NCBI RefSeq assembly: GCF_006345805.1
Contig: NC_043004.1
Span: forward strand, 16,368,001-16,432,000
Direction of reading: 5' to 3'
Source of the DNA: Octopus sinensis
Taxonomy: Eukaryota
Length of the DNA stretch: 64,000 bases
The notes beneath the pieces were generated by a model. The model did not search any database. It saw nothing but the letters and a program-made list of their open reading frames with translations, and was not told the DNA's origin. Both the position numbers and the translations under genes were made by a program. Of the stretch, positions 1 through 13,279 are shown piece after piece; position 1 is the stretch's first letter, and each line of letters opens with the position of its first letter.

Positions 1-330
1 CTCGAAGTAATGTAGAAATTATTGCCACACCAGCTACAAGAATGGTACAAGAAATATTCGGAGAACTATGACAGCGAAAGAATTACCACGGTCGACAGTG
101 TTCAGATCAAGGGCATATCACCTGAAAAGTAAACACAAGTATTAACCGAAAGACTGCGAAATACGAATAGTGATAAAGCCACAAAATGTAATAATATTTC
201 AAACTTCTGGGTAAAATATTTAACATACCCGGTATAATTTTCAAAAACATAGCGAAAATTTGGAAAACCTATTTGACCAATCGTACAGAAGAAAGCCATT
301 TTACTCATAAGAAATTGTATACTCTAGAAA
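1..330 (+). mobile_element. Decayed R4/Dong-clade LINE fragment (region just N-terminal to the RT core)
   Basis: Frame 3 reads ..QLQEWYKKYSENY..QIKGISPEK*TQVLTERLRNTNSDKATKCNNISNFWVKYLT.., resembling the 'I..EEV...L....NWKAPG.D.I.NFW.K.L' segment of R4/Dong ORFs. It contains stops. Confidence 0.45.
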
Positions 331-3178
331 CATAAATGACACTTCCCAGTTGTAAAGGGCAGGGACGGAAGAGATGATGCAAAATCTCATATCAGTGTAA
401 AAGTCACTTCTTGCTCAACAATTCCATAACAATGTGCATTAATAGAAGGAAATTAAAAAAAATATGCCCGAGGCCTTTTCGCAGTTTTTGCCATGGATCC
501 TGGACATAAATAAAATAAAACAAAAGATAAGCAATTATAATAAACACATATAGTACAAATGCCAACCATGCAGACTGAAGTGGTAAACAAAAAAATTAAA
601 CCTAGCCTTTAAATGAAGGTTAATATTCTAAAACCATCCTTGATTTTTCTCCTTTCGTGCCTGACGCCAATACAATTCGTTGACCGGCCAGACGGTACTT
701 GGGTTACAATGAAACGGTTTCAGCAAGCTCTCTCTCAGACTGTGCACCCATTCACTTCAGAAATTTATGTGTTTTAGAATGACTAAATCATACACGCATT
801 ACATAAATTCGAAATACTTCCGAAAGCCATCCCGTCTTTGTATTGTGTTGATGTTTTCTGATGTAGGTGTTTTCTGTGAATGCTGTTTAATCCATAATCC
901 AAAAGCACCGAATGTGCCCGATAAACTACATCAACTGTTCATCGTTAAATCACCAAAAGCAAACCATTCAAGAACAAACAAACACCTAGAGACTCAATAA
1001 CGTTATGGCCAAGCTTGTATGAGAGCATACAATGCTACAATTGTTAGATGCCTTTTTCTTTTCACAATCTGTTCAGTTGATAACAGATATTTTAGATCGG
1101 CCACAACTGCAGTTCATGATGCAACATCCTATCTATAACTTTATTTTTGCGATTCTGAAACAGAAATTGCATAATATATGTATGCAGTGAGTGGTCACAC
1201 CTAATGGAACAGAAAATTTGAAACCGTATTTTTCCGTACGCTTCATTTTCCATTTGGTTTCATCTAACAACTATGATTTACAATCGTTCATGAACAAATT
1301 TATGCTGGCACAATATCATAAAATGTTTCTATTGGACTAAATGCTGGCAAAGAACCAGACGGTAAATAATTTTAAATGAATAAATTGTCGACATACAATG
1401 ATGGCGCTGTACAGATATACCTTGTAATGATGAAGACACTCATAAAACCTTTTAAATATTGGGAAGCATATTTCGAGAAAAGAATGACCAGGAATTTTTT
1501 TAACATTCAGCGACGCGCATGATCTCGATGCATGCATGATCTATTGGGGTTTTTTCAGGTATATTAGATAGATGGCTTCTCAACATACTGAACCATGGCG
1601 GCGGTAGAACAGTGCTCATTAGTCGAAGTTGTAACATCACGACATTAATACATAATCAAAGGCGCAGTCGATTCTATAATTTTGCAAACTCAAAACAAGA
1701 ATGTGTTTCGTTTGTGTTTGTATTGTTGATGCATATCAACAAATGATATGATAAAACTGCAGGTGCATTCGATAATGTAAATCGTTTTGCAATCTTTTCA
1801 ATTCTTCATTCAGCAAAAACAATGCAGCATCATTCCTTAGAATGCCTTCAGGTTCACAAATTCCATCAACAAGAAATCTTTGATCCAATTAACTCGGGCA
1901 ATTCCATTCAAGAAGTTGAAGCAACGAAACAGCTTATTTCATGAAAAAAAATTAAATCAATGCACTGAAATTCCAGATGCTAGACATACTCTATTTTTTT
2001 GCATGAATATTATATTTGGTAGTCATCGAATAAGATAAGGTGTTACAAGTATAGAATCGCCTTAAAATTGAATGAGCGTGCATGAAATAAAAAAAAAATA
2101 TCTGCCTGTAGTTATGCTATGATATGTATTCGCTACGATTTATACAGCATTTTTCACAACAATCGTATTAAATATTTTCTACATCGCAGACTGAACATGC
2201 AAGGAAAGTTGATATTACTGGCACACTTTCTGACTCAAGGTGATTCAATACAACTGACTAATACTTTTATATTTTGTCATTTATACAACACCAACAGCAT
2301 AATAACTCTGTTAATCGAGAGGAAACAGATCTGTAAGCCGAATTCTATTGCAAGTATGTGCTCAATAAGGAACAGAAGATAGCTTTTGTGTCATATAAAT
2401 TATATACTAAAGTGGCATGTTATATCAAGAAGACACAAGTAAAAAATCTCTGTTGAATTTACGACTAGTAACTGGCAAGCCGACTATTTCGGAAACTTGT
2501 AACAACAATTGTGTAATTCTCTGTGAGTGAAATTGGACAGCGAGCTTGAAACACTTGGAACAAATCAATTTCGTTTTTACTTTTCGTTTTCTTTTTTTTG
2601 CTGTTTTTTTTTTTTTGTTATTTTTATTCCGTTGGTCTATTTTTGGCATTGAAAAACGAAATGAATGAATAAACTGAATTTAGTATGAACCAATTTTTGA
2701 TATATGCCGTCATTATGAAGACGACCGCCGTATTCTTATTTATTATTATGAGTTTATACTCACTTGTAAAGAAAACAATAAATATTCAACAGAAGCATTT
2801 TGAAAAATAATTAATAACGCGAAGAAAATGAATATGAAATGAATATATAAAGATTAAATCACATTTTTCATTCTTTTTTCTATAGATGTAAACATATGTC
2901 TAATGGCAAAATAAATATGAAGAAATGTGACAGGCTTGTATACGAAATACACTTTATTACACATAAATACACTAAAATCAAACACCAAAGCACTGAAATG
3001 ACTGATTTTAATCAGTCGTTTTTCTATGTCATAAGATTATTTCATTCAATCTCTTCCTATTTTTATTTTGTATTTCATTTCCCTCCGAGTTTTCCAAATT
3101 CAGTTACGATTAGGATAATACTTATGTATATATAATATATACTTTTTTGTTCGGTTAAGACTCACATATATATGCATA

Positions 3179-3737
3179 CAGGGTGGAAAAAAGTAGGTTT
3201 ACAGTTGGAAATTCTCCGTGACATGGTAGTACCGTAACTCAGAACTGAAGCTAACTATGATAAACTGTTCTTTCAGCATGATGGAGCAACTCCACATTAA
3301 GCGTTGACAGTAAGAGACTTCTTTAATCAAATCTATCCACAGAATTGGTTTGGAAAACGGGGCAGGTCGACTGGTCACCAATTTCGCCTGACTTGACAAC
3401 AATGAATTGCGGGATAAGGCGGGGGTTGTAAAGAACAAGGTTTATGAGAAGAATCCCAAAACAGGAAAATGAATTAAAACTTTGCATTTCTGACGCATTC
3501 ACTGAAAATGGTGTAGATCGGAATTTGTACCGCACTGTGTTTCAGAGTGTTTTGAAGAGGCTTTAAAAATGTTGCAATGTTGAAGGACATTTTGGGCATC
3601 TGAGAGATTAAACATCGTCTGTTTAAGATGTGCATAAACAATATGATTGTACGATAGAAATTTAAATGTAATGAAATGTTTTAAAACAAATTTAAAGTGC
3701 CTACGTGATAACTGTAAACCTACTTTTGGGTCACCCT

Positions 3738-3738
<1 letters not shown>
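3179..3738 (+). mobile_element. Internally deleted Tc1/mariner-superfamily DNA transposon
   Basis: TA|CAGGGTGGAAAAAAGTAGGTTTACAGTT at the left end and its imperfect inverse AACTGTAAACCTACTTTTGGGTCACCCTA|TA at the right. The interior encodes a frameshifted transposase C-terminus: FFQHDGATPH..VRDFFNQIYPQNWFGKRG..WSPISPDL..VVKNKVYEKNPKT..HFGHL. Confidence 0.85.
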
Positions 3739-3776
<38 letters not shown>

Positions 3777-3883
3777 TCAATAAATGGTGGGGTTAATAAT
3801 GAGGATAATTAGTAATTAATAAGTTTACCAAGCAGTGTTCAGTATGTAAAAAGACCATTTACGGTATATTTAAAACATTACTG

Positions 3884-4027
3884 TATATAATTAGGGTTCA
3901 ACAAAAACATTTACTTTACCACACACCGAACTTTTAGAAATAGCAGCCAAAGAATATTCTTTGGCTGCTATTTCTAAACGTTCGGTGTGTGGTAAAGTAA
4001 ATTTTTTGCTGAACCCTAATTATATAT
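3884..4027. repeat. Loopless ~144-bp palindrome next to (TA)n (fold-back end of a PLE-type repeat)
   Basis: Arms of ~72 bp centred on AAAGAAT|ATTCTTT (3955/3956), with 2 mismatches and 1 indel. Confidence 0.9.
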
Positions 4028-4037
4028 ATATATAAAT

Positions 4038-4226
4038 GACCTCGCCTGTATCACTAGCAATTTTTTCCTCTTCTCGGGATCTTTCCTTCTCCTATGTTTC
4101 CGACGAAGAGCTCCGCTCGAAACGTCAAACCCGCTTCTTCCCTCCTTTCCTGACCGTCCAATAATACTTTATTTGTTCCACATCCTTGCGTTGTTGTCTT
4201 TTAGTTTTCTTGTTTGGATAACTTTA
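4038..4226 (+). mobile_element. Penelope-type pseudo-LTR fragment carrying a minimal hammerhead
   Basis: Contains the hammerhead motif at 4096-4130 and ends in (TA)n. Related copies lie at ~32750-32950 (-), ~36900-37085 (-), ~44853-44990 (-) and ~57420-57602 (+). Confidence 0.65.
4096..4130 (+). ncRNA. Minimal type I hammerhead ribozyme motif (core variant CCGACGA, palindromic ACGT stem III, GUC site)
   Basis: GTTT-CCGACGA-A-GAGC-TCC-GCTC-GAAA-CGT-C-AAAC: stem I GTTT/AAAC and stem II GAGC/GCTC. Confidence 0.65.
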
Positions 4227-4249
4227 TATATATATATATTATATATATA

Positions 4250-4740
4250 CACAGACAGCGGTGTAATCGCTCGCGCTCTCTCTCGCCCTTTCCCTCCCGA
4301 TATTTTATCCTCCTTCCCTTCTATCTACTGCCCACACGTGACCCGTGACAAATTTTCTCTTCTCTCTGTCTTTCGCCACCGGACGCTTAGCATGCAGGTC
4401 AAAATTTATCTTCTCTCTGGCTATTTCTGTTTCTATATCCAATCAAGTTTTCTTCCGGGTATTACTCATCGTACCTGTGTTTGGCCGAAAGGCTGTAATT
4501 AATCCGTGTTCGCCAATCATTTCAAATTACATTTGTTTACTTTTGTACGTCCATTCTCTATTGTTTTGTTTGCTGAAGCCCTAATTCTCCGCAAATAGCG
4601 GGTGCCGCCGATATGCAAAATTGTCAGTCTTATCGTTAAAGGCGCGAAACTGTGTATTAGTTTGTCGGTCGGTAACTGATGAGGAGTTAGAGTCCCTTCG
4701 TGTCAGTCCTACGTGTACATTTTTTAGTATTTAATGCAAT

Positions 4741-4742
<2 letters not shown>
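4250..4742. mobile_element. Unclassified pLTR-like repeat between (TA)n tracts
   Basis: A GC-richer island bounded by (TA)n on both sides. It has CTGATGA at 4676 followed by a GGA/TCC stem but no GAAA. Confidence 0.35.
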
Positions 4743-4834
<92 letters not shown>

Positions 4835-4835
4835 C

Positions 4836-5180
4836 ACTACTAATATAAGATGAAGTTTTTTTACAGAAAAACATTTCATCAAAAAAGTGGCAGCATATTA
4901 AAATACATTTAAAGGTTAAAATTATAAACAACTTATAAACAAGGGCGAAAGAAAATTATTTCTATCCCAATATGCTGATAACAGACTTTTAAATCGTCAA
5001 TTTCCACATATTATTATATATCCACTACAGAAGTACGTTGTGCTGAAATCGAGGAAAGCTACCCAATAGAATTTTGTTTTTAATTCGTTATTTCTATATT
5101 GTATCAATTTCGGAATTAATCTGATAATAGAATTTTTCCTCGTCAGGAGAAAATACGAATAGAAATAAATGGAATACTTA
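4836..5180 (-). mobile_element. PLE-type non-coding repeat with hammerhead motif (second, folded-back copy at 17929-18160)
   Basis: 4836-5005 matches 17929-18160 in both orientations. Hammerhead motif at 5089-5155 on the minus strand. Confidence 0.6.
5089..5155 (-). ncRNA. Degenerate type I hammerhead with extended stem II
   Basis: Minus strand: TATTTTCTC-CTGACGA-GGAA-(20 nt)-TTCC-GAAA-TTG-ATA-CAA-T-A-TAGAAATA. AUA cleavage triplet, imperfect stem I. Confidence 0.5.
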
Positions 5181-5194
5181 CATGCGCCCATGGA

Positions 5195-5400
5195 AAAAAG
5201 CATCTCAAGGCGACTACAGTACCAGTGATTGTAGGATCTCTAGGAACGATAAAAAAGATGGTACTGAAATCTATTTGAAAATGATACCAGGCTTACCATC
5301 CCTACAGGAAGTGCAAAACATCGTGTTAACTGGAACGACTCATGTACTGAGAAGAGCTTTATCGCTGTGAAAACAACATTCAGTCATGAATATATTTATT
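5195..5400 (+). mobile_element. R4/Dong-clade LINE 3' end fragment
   Basis: Frameshifted HLKATTVPVIVGSLGTIKK / EIYLKMIPGLPSLQEVQNIVLTGTTHVLRRALSL*, the typical C-terminus after the RLE domain. Confidence 0.7.
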
Positions 5401-5428
5401 TATTTGTTTATTTAAATACATATTTTAC

Positions 5429-5492
5429 CTGTCGTTTTGCGTGTGTAATCTGGGAATGCATACAATGAGCTTCTCTAGGTGTACGGAAAACA
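5429..5492 (-). other. Candidate internal exon (64 bp)
   Basis: Long polypyrimidine tract ..ttcttccattttcgcccag| and donor CAG|gtaaaa. Two frames are open (VFRTPREAHCMHSQITHAKRQ or FSVHLEKLIVCIPRLHTQND). No homology recognised. Confidence 0.25.
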
Positions 5493-6252
5493 CTGGGCGA
5501 AAATGGAAGAAAATTTGAAGAAAGAGGGAAAAAAAATAATAATAATATATGCTTCCGTACATACTTGCATAATGTGTGTGTATGTATTTGTGTCTTTATC
5601 ACGTCACACCGCTTCGCAAAAATGTGTTATTTTGTTTATATTGCAGTCAATTAGCGGAACTGATAGAATTAGTACCAGATTTTAGTAAAAGTGGAAAAAA
5701 AGAGCATATGTAATGTAGTCAAGACTTCGAAGAAAACACTTGGAGGAGGTGCTACAGCTCGACTGCATCCCAATGACTGAAATCAATAAATGATAAAGCT
5801 ATAGCCACAACAAAGTAAATTGTCTCTCCTGGTACTGAAAACTACTGTGCCATATATGTGTGCGTGTGTATCTTTAAATTAGATTCTAACCTACACATGT
5901 TATTGATGTTTCAGGATGTCTCTGAGAATATTTAGATATTAATTTAAAGATAGTGACAATTCATATTGATGTACATCTATATATTGACCGTTTACGTGTG
6001 TGTCTTAGTGGAATATATATATATATATATATGTGTGTGTGTATGTGTGAGTGTGTATATGTATATATATATATATGTATGTATTTATGTACGTACGTAC
6101 GTACGTATATGTATGTATGTATGTACGTACGTACGTATATGTATGTACGTTTTTATGCATAAATATATGTATATGTGTAGGTATATATATATTCGTGTAT
6201 GCGAGGGCGTGTGTGTGCGTGTATGTGTGTGTATGTGTGACTGTGTGCATGT

Positions 6253-6294
<42 letters not shown>

Positions 6295-6440
6295 CTTTAC
6301 ATTTTGTCGGCAAAATATTACGCCGTGTTTTCCGCACGACTCTCCTGTCAAATCATAAGATCGTGTCCAATGCACCCATATTCTTTTTTGTGACACTCTG
6401 ACCTTCCCATCTCTCTTGCGCATTCTCTTTTATCTTCCAT

Positions 6441-6491
<51 letters not shown>

Positions 6492-6511
6492 GATCTTTCT
6501 CACCCTTTCTT

Positions 6512-6543
<32 letters not shown>

Positions 6544-6844
6544 ACACACACACTGGAGAATCTCTGAATGCTTGTTATTTATGTTGAGCCTGATTGTAAA
6601 CGGCAAACCTGTCAGTAGTCACCAAGTATTCAAGTAAATTCTAACTGAGAGAAATATGTTAAGAATATGGTGAGAACTATGGATATGTGTGGCCGTGCGT
6701 TTGTAAAGAAATCCTGAAACCAGTCAGGCCTCTACCCGAAATGTTCAAATAAAAAGACGCATCTACCTTTTGAAGTAATGCGTTCCTTTCTACCACTTCG
6801 TAGCGATAATCGCTTCAAATTTTAACATGAGTGCATCAAAGCAG

Positions 6845-6965
6845 GAATCTTAGATTACTGGACACATCGATTATATTGACCTCCTTATTTAATTGGTATT
6901 CATTTTACCGACCCCGAAAATATGAATGGAAAATTCGACCTCGGCACTATTTGAACTTTGAGCTT
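6845..6965 (-). mobile_element. Degenerate SINE (family S2) fragment
   Basis: Matches the TACTCATTTTATCGACCCCGAA..GTCGACCTCGGC..ATTTGAACT block shared by the other S2 copies. Confidence 0.55.
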
Positions 6966-7346
6966 AAATAACTGAAGGTTATACAGATAATCATTTTGTT
7001 CTGGCACGGTAATGACTCAGCTATCATGCTACAAATAATAGGAAAAAAACCTTTTAGTATGCTCAGTATAATGTAGCTAGCACTATCTGATAAGCAAATA
7101 TTCTCTCTTTTGTATATGTGTGTAGTCTTATGCATACTACTGGTGATAGAGTAATTTGCATGGAAATTTTCAATGCATATTATAGAAGCTCATTAGTAAA
7201 CAATCTAAAATTTGCCTGGAAGGTCGGAAAATTGCCTTCACTTTTATTGCTATGACATTCCGTACTCTGTATAAGGCGGTTGTTTGTACACTGTTATGAA
7301 TACCATATGTGTACATATACATACACAGATATATAATTATATATAT

Positions 7347-7444
<98 letters not shown>

Positions 7445-8102
7445 CTATGGCTTGCGTGTGTTTATATAAACTATTTGACACTCATGATGTGTTAATATGA
7501 GTGTAAGTAACGTAAATATTTCACTGTGAATTAACTATAATGCGACCCACGTTACTAAACTATTATTCAATCGCAATTAATAACCGAAATTGTTAAATAC
7601 GAATCATATTCTCTTTCCTGCTGATAGCAATTATCATGAAAATTCTCTTAAATCATAGTTCGGTAATCAGTCAGCATATGATTTATTATTTAGAAATCGT
7701 ATTATAGGTTAATCAAATAATGTAAGTTCAATTAATCAAATAGCTTTAATGCAGCTATCAGCTAGACACCTCATTAACTGTAAAAGCCCTATACCATTAA
7801 TAATTATTGCAAGTTAGCTGAAATTTGTTGTGACGCAAAATCTATCTGTATACACTTGTTAATTTTATCGAATATACAATTTTCCAATAACGATTTCTTT
7901 CTAAATATTTAGTTCAATCTCTCTCTGTCTTTTGGAATCTCTCTATCCTTTCTCCCTCTCTCTCTTTCTCCCCCCCTCTCTCTCTCTCTCACCCACTCTT
8001 TCTCTAACTCATCGTCCCTTTGTGCATATCATGTATATATATGTATGTGTACATTTCTGTGTGCGTGTGTGTATCCGTAAATAATATACCATAATAATAA
8101 TA

Positions 8103-8161
<59 letters not shown>

Positions 8162-9536
8162 TAGAAAGATAAAATAGGGAGACAACTTTATAGATATAAT
8201 CTTAATAAACAGACTTTTACTGCTGACATTCAAAATAGTGTTCTGAAATCACATACATATCAATCAGATTTGACTGATCATTTCCAGCTCATGACGAGTT
8301 CTTCCATATTTCGTCGCTTGTATTTAAGATAAGCGAGCAGCAGCTGCTACTTCTTCAACGATTGCGTGAGTCACAATTAGAGCTTCATACATGTGCACAT
8401 GCTCAATTGTTTCTACTAGATATCCACTAAAATAATCGTTCATTAAAGAACAGCTTTTTATTTGCATCCATGCGCTTCTGTTTGCCTCTATAGTAATTCC
8501 TTTAGTAATTCGATGTGAATTCAACATTCAATCTCTAGTGCGTATTTCTGTGAGGTACGTCTTTATTTTAGCAGTTTCTACATTCAGGTTTGAACGTAAC
8601 ACTAAAATTATAGCCGCCATTTTGTGTAAAACATAAGGGAAAATGCGGTTACACTCGCGTTCGCTCACGTACACACACACACACACACATGCACACACAA
8701 AGACCAATAAATACACCATTGGTTGAATTATAGTATATTTGCTAATTATATTTTCCAAACGAACTTACGTCATTCGTATGAAATGTTTGTACTATATAAT
8801 GATTATATAATGGTTCTATGAATATTTATTTTCATAAAGGTTTATTATATTCATATTACATAACGAAATTGTTACATATATAACGTGAAGTATAAAGCGG
8901 TTATTCTATTGAAGCATCACACCTTCGGAACTCTCTCAGAAATATTATGTGCAAGTTTTATTCACAGCGTTTTACGACAAACAGTTACGTGTGTTTCTGC
9001 ATTAATTAAAACACCAATATTTCCTTAATTTGCACCATTAATTTCTCATTGATGTGTATTAAGCTTATTGCCCAAAATTCATTTCAATATTGATTTTGTG
9101 ATATTGTTATCAGTTAGTCAATAATACAATTTTTTGTTGTTTTGTTACGCACATTCTCATTCTACATTTTTCTGTTCTTTTTAAATCTTTAAATATCAGT
9201 TTAGATCAAATTCCCTAAAAAATAAGTTTGATTTTATGACCATTAAATGCGAGTCTATTACATTTTCCTTTGAAGGCTTCCTAAATTGCATAGACCGTTT
9301 TAAAAACACTATACAATATAATAACCTGTATGTTGCCGTTTATACTCCTAAAGATTCCAAATATTATATAAATGAGATCACCTAAATTAGTATTCAATGC
9401 TATTATTTTACAATCGCTTTACCCTCGAATGGCTTGTGTTAATTTGCGCTTTTCTATATTCACTTTTTGCTATTTATCAGTAATAACCTTTACATGTTTG
9501 GACGCAATATTATTATTTTATTTTATTTTATTTTAG

Positions 9537-9619
9537 GTGTTCCAAACCTGGTGTTCTGACAATGCTAAAATAAATTCTTCATGTGCATCACATTGTTCTG
9601 GCATATATTTTATCGAACG
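9537..9619 (+). other. Candidate internal exon (83 bp, phase 0 to 2)
   Basis: Acceptor ttttattttattttag|, donor ACG|gtattt. Only one frame is open: VFQTWCSDNAKINSSCASHCSGIYFIE(R). Confidence 0.3.
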
Positions 9620-10774
9620 GTATTTGTCTAATTTGAATAAATTTTATACAAACCTCTTAAACATAAGAAAACACATTGCGGTTTAGACCAGATAAAGCAT
9701 AAGTAAATACAGAGGCACACACTTACATAAAAACACACATGCACGTATAAACACGCAGGTAAACGCACATATATACACACATAAATACAGGAAAACTTTT
9801 AAACAGAATTAGAAAGAGACTAGCAATACAAAGTAGACATAATAGCAACTACAAAGGTTACAGTAGAATTAATATTCTTTAGATTTTATTGTTTGCGCAA
9901 AGAATCTCTGATTTCGCTTTTTCCGGGCACTCATATTCGGGTGGATCAATTTTCTCATATGTATGTACCTGTGTTATGCGTTTAGATACAGAGTACCATA
10001 TACAAACGAGCGTAGATGTGTAAGTATATAAGTGCATATAGATATCACCTTGCATGTTAGAGGAAATCTTTTGGCCATCTGCATATCATCCATACTATTA
10101 CTTAGACGTATACAAAAATTTAAAATTAGCACTTACAGATGGCTCACATACTACTTGGAAGAATTTTAATCCAATTTCGTTAATCATACTAAAAGTTTTC
10201 TGCACAGCATTAACTGTCTTCCCTTCAAACTTTTCTTAAATTGCACAACTTATATAATATACGTATGCATAAAATTTTAAAATGTAGATTGAGACCTTAC
10301 AGGGGCTTCTTTCCATCTATTTACAGTCTTGTAATTTCATGGTTCCTGTGGTTGTGTATTAGGTTAATACCTGCAACTATGCCGTATTTGAGTCCCCCGT
10401 TTACGGCGAGAATTTTGAGGTTTTGTCCACCATTTAAATGCAGTTCATTTTGAACTCAGAGAATCACGTAAGTGTATTAATGATAGTTGTATAAATGACA
10501 GAAGTTAAAACATTGCGAATCCAGTGAATTTGTTATGTAACAAACGATTGCGCGTCATATACACATATCAGGCCAAATGACATTATGGCTGAAAATTTCC
10601 CGAAAATTAAGGCTCCTGTAGCTACTTTTTACTTACGATAGTGCCATATGATTATGGTTGTTTCTATATTTGTACTCACTTTATTATCACATAAGTCTAA
10701 ATGTTCACTTAATGGGATTTTTTTTGATATTAGCATCCTGTATGAATTGCATTTTAATATTCAATCACCTTTAA

Positions 10775-10990
10775 GGTGGCGAGCTAGCAAGATCGTTAGC
10801 ACTCTGGGTGCAATGCATAGCGGCAATTAGACCGTCTTCATGTTCAGAGTTCAAGTTCTACCGAGGTCGATTTTGCCTTTCAGCATTTCAGAGTCGATAA
10901 AATGAGTATCAGTTGAGTACTGGGTTCGACCTAATCGACTTGCACCTCCCACAAAATTTCTGGCCTTGTGCCAGATTTTGAAATCAATAT
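10775..10990 (+). mobile_element. tRNA-derived SINE, family S2 (central domain resembling the Meta/Sauria-type core)
   Basis: Head GGTGGCGAGCTAGCAAGATCGTTAGCA, B-box-like GAGTTCAAGT, core GAGGTCGATTTTGCCTTTCAGCATTTCAGAGTCGATAAAATGAGTATCAG. Confidence 0.75.
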
Positions 10991-11473
10991 TCAGTCACTT
11001 TCTTAAAGTAACGCAATGTTCGTTACAACATTTACACTTAATACTGAAGTTAAATTTTATGACGAACAGATGAAGTGAATTTTTAACATTGAAAATGATT
11101 TGACTTATATTATAATGTGTCTTCGATTAGATTTATGCATTAAGAGTGAACACATATTTTGACGATTGGCGTGATTTTTATCGTGGGAAAGTTTACATTG
11201 GTTACGAATATATAGGGTTATTCTTTGTCTCTGAATTTCAAGTGCTTTTTTGCATTGGATACTGCTTTAATAATGTAATAGATTATTGCATAATGTGGTT
11301 TGTTTCTATATTTCTTCTTTTATGAAATTTGATGTAAGATAAGGCATTTGATACACTTCAATTACATGTTATACACACACACACACACACACGCACATAC
11401 ACACAATCACACAAACACACACATATATTATATATATGTGTGTGTGTATGAATGTAAATTACACATTTATACA

Positions 11474-11549
<76 letters not shown>

Positions 11550-12444
11550 ATATATTATATATATATATATATTATATATATATATATATATATAAATGCA
11601 TATATATATAAATGCAAGTAGATGTGCTTCATCTAAATAAAGTAAAATATATATACGCACAAATATAAATCTATATATATTTACGCATATACGTTCATAT
11701 ATATATATATATGATAGTTATGAGTTTACTCAAAATACTCATATACATATATATGTACATGTACACAATCACACACGGAATCGTAATGCAGCTATTTATG
11801 TTTCCAGTCGCAATGAAAATATGCATATGCAATGTTTTTAATGGACATATTAGCACCAGAGGGGAGACAATTTTTTCAGCTATTCAATATTTAATTGCGA
11901 TGTCATACAAATGTACACAGAATCATATTTCGAAGTATGTTACCGAAAATATTTATATATTTGGCATACTCAATGACGTATTATGTCTTTGAATACAGCT
12001 TTTATGTTTCTACAGGATGATGGAATGAATGTATATCCATCAGGATTTTCTTATTGATATTTATTGGGATCCTAAGTTTAATTACTATTTGCCTTAGATT
12101 CCAAAGGAATATTAGCAGCTCCACTATTTTGTAAGCCCAAGCTGTCAAATAATCTTAGATCATAGTTTGATGCTAATATTATGTATTTCTCTTGTGTTGC
12201 CTCATTTTTTTTTTCTTTCTTTGTAAATAACGATATCCTAAATTAGTATAATGTAAATCTTCATGCATGAGGAGCTTGAAATGCATTTTAGTGGAAAATA
12301 TTCCAATACACCGTTCAATATAGATGTTAATGCATTATAAATTTCAAAATCTTAAATATTTAAAATATTAACTTTAATTTAAATATTAATGCATTATATA
12401 TATGAAGTTATATCAAGCTATTTTGAAAACCAGTGACTAAAGAT

Positions 12445-12544
<100 letters not shown>

Positions 12545-12554
12545 TTTCATTTAT

Positions 12555-12670
12555 TTCATTATTTCTTTTACTCATTTGACTGCGGCCATGCTGGAGCACC
12601 GCCTTTAGTCGAGCAAACCAACAAATCGATTCCGGTTGTTAAGTGATGGTGCGTGACAAACACAGACACA
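12555..12670 (-). mobile_element. Internally deleted 3' part of SINE family S1
   Basis: CATTTGACTGCGGCCATGCTGGAGCACCGCCTTTAGTCGAGCAA..GACAAACACAGACAC matches the S1 3' region. Confidence 0.7.
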
Positions 12671-12727
12671 CAATCATATACACATACATACATATATACA
12701 TAATACATACATACATACATATATACA

Positions 12728-12798
<71 letters not shown>

Positions 12799-13279
12799 TC
12801 TTCTAAATGTTTTACATTCTTGTCCCAGTTTGTATTTTTCTACATATAATATATATATAGTTTTCTCTATGAAGGCCGTTTTTAGTCTATCCACTGATAT
12901 AAGGTCTTTACGACCATTAAGGTCTATAGTGAAAATTTTATCCGTGCGGAAAGAAAACGGGAAGGACCTGCATACGCTGCTGTTAATGGAAGTTTAAAAA
13001 CATCGTTGGGCACAAAAATGTGAGTCGAATAAGTAAAATTTCCTGCAAGGCAGAGCTATAAATGCAATTGTCAAGTAGGTAAGAGGTTTTAAACAGGAGC
13101 GATATATTCAAAATTGGTAAAACTAAAAATTGTCGAGGATGAATTATATTTATTATTGTTACTGAATATGTTAGTGTTATTTAATTTCTGAACTGTTTTG
13201 CTGCCGTTTGTTTACGTAGTTTGATTTCTTTAATCATTAATTTATAGTAAGAGTAAAATTAATAATAGAGAAAAGAAAA

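Noticed and set aside
600-2000. Possible decayed DNA transposase (hAT- or Academ-like Cys cluster) on the minus strand
   Set aside because: Only scattered 3-5 aa resemblances, with no TIR or TSD found, so it cannot be assigned.
4676-4715. CTGATGA followed by a GGA/TCC stem
   Set aside because: No GAAA, stem III or NUH follows, so it is not a complete hammerhead.
12873-12995. RSLRPLRSI peptide resembling a voltage-sensor S4 segment
   Set aside because: The frame ends in a stop before any donor and has no flanking transmembrane context; likely chance.
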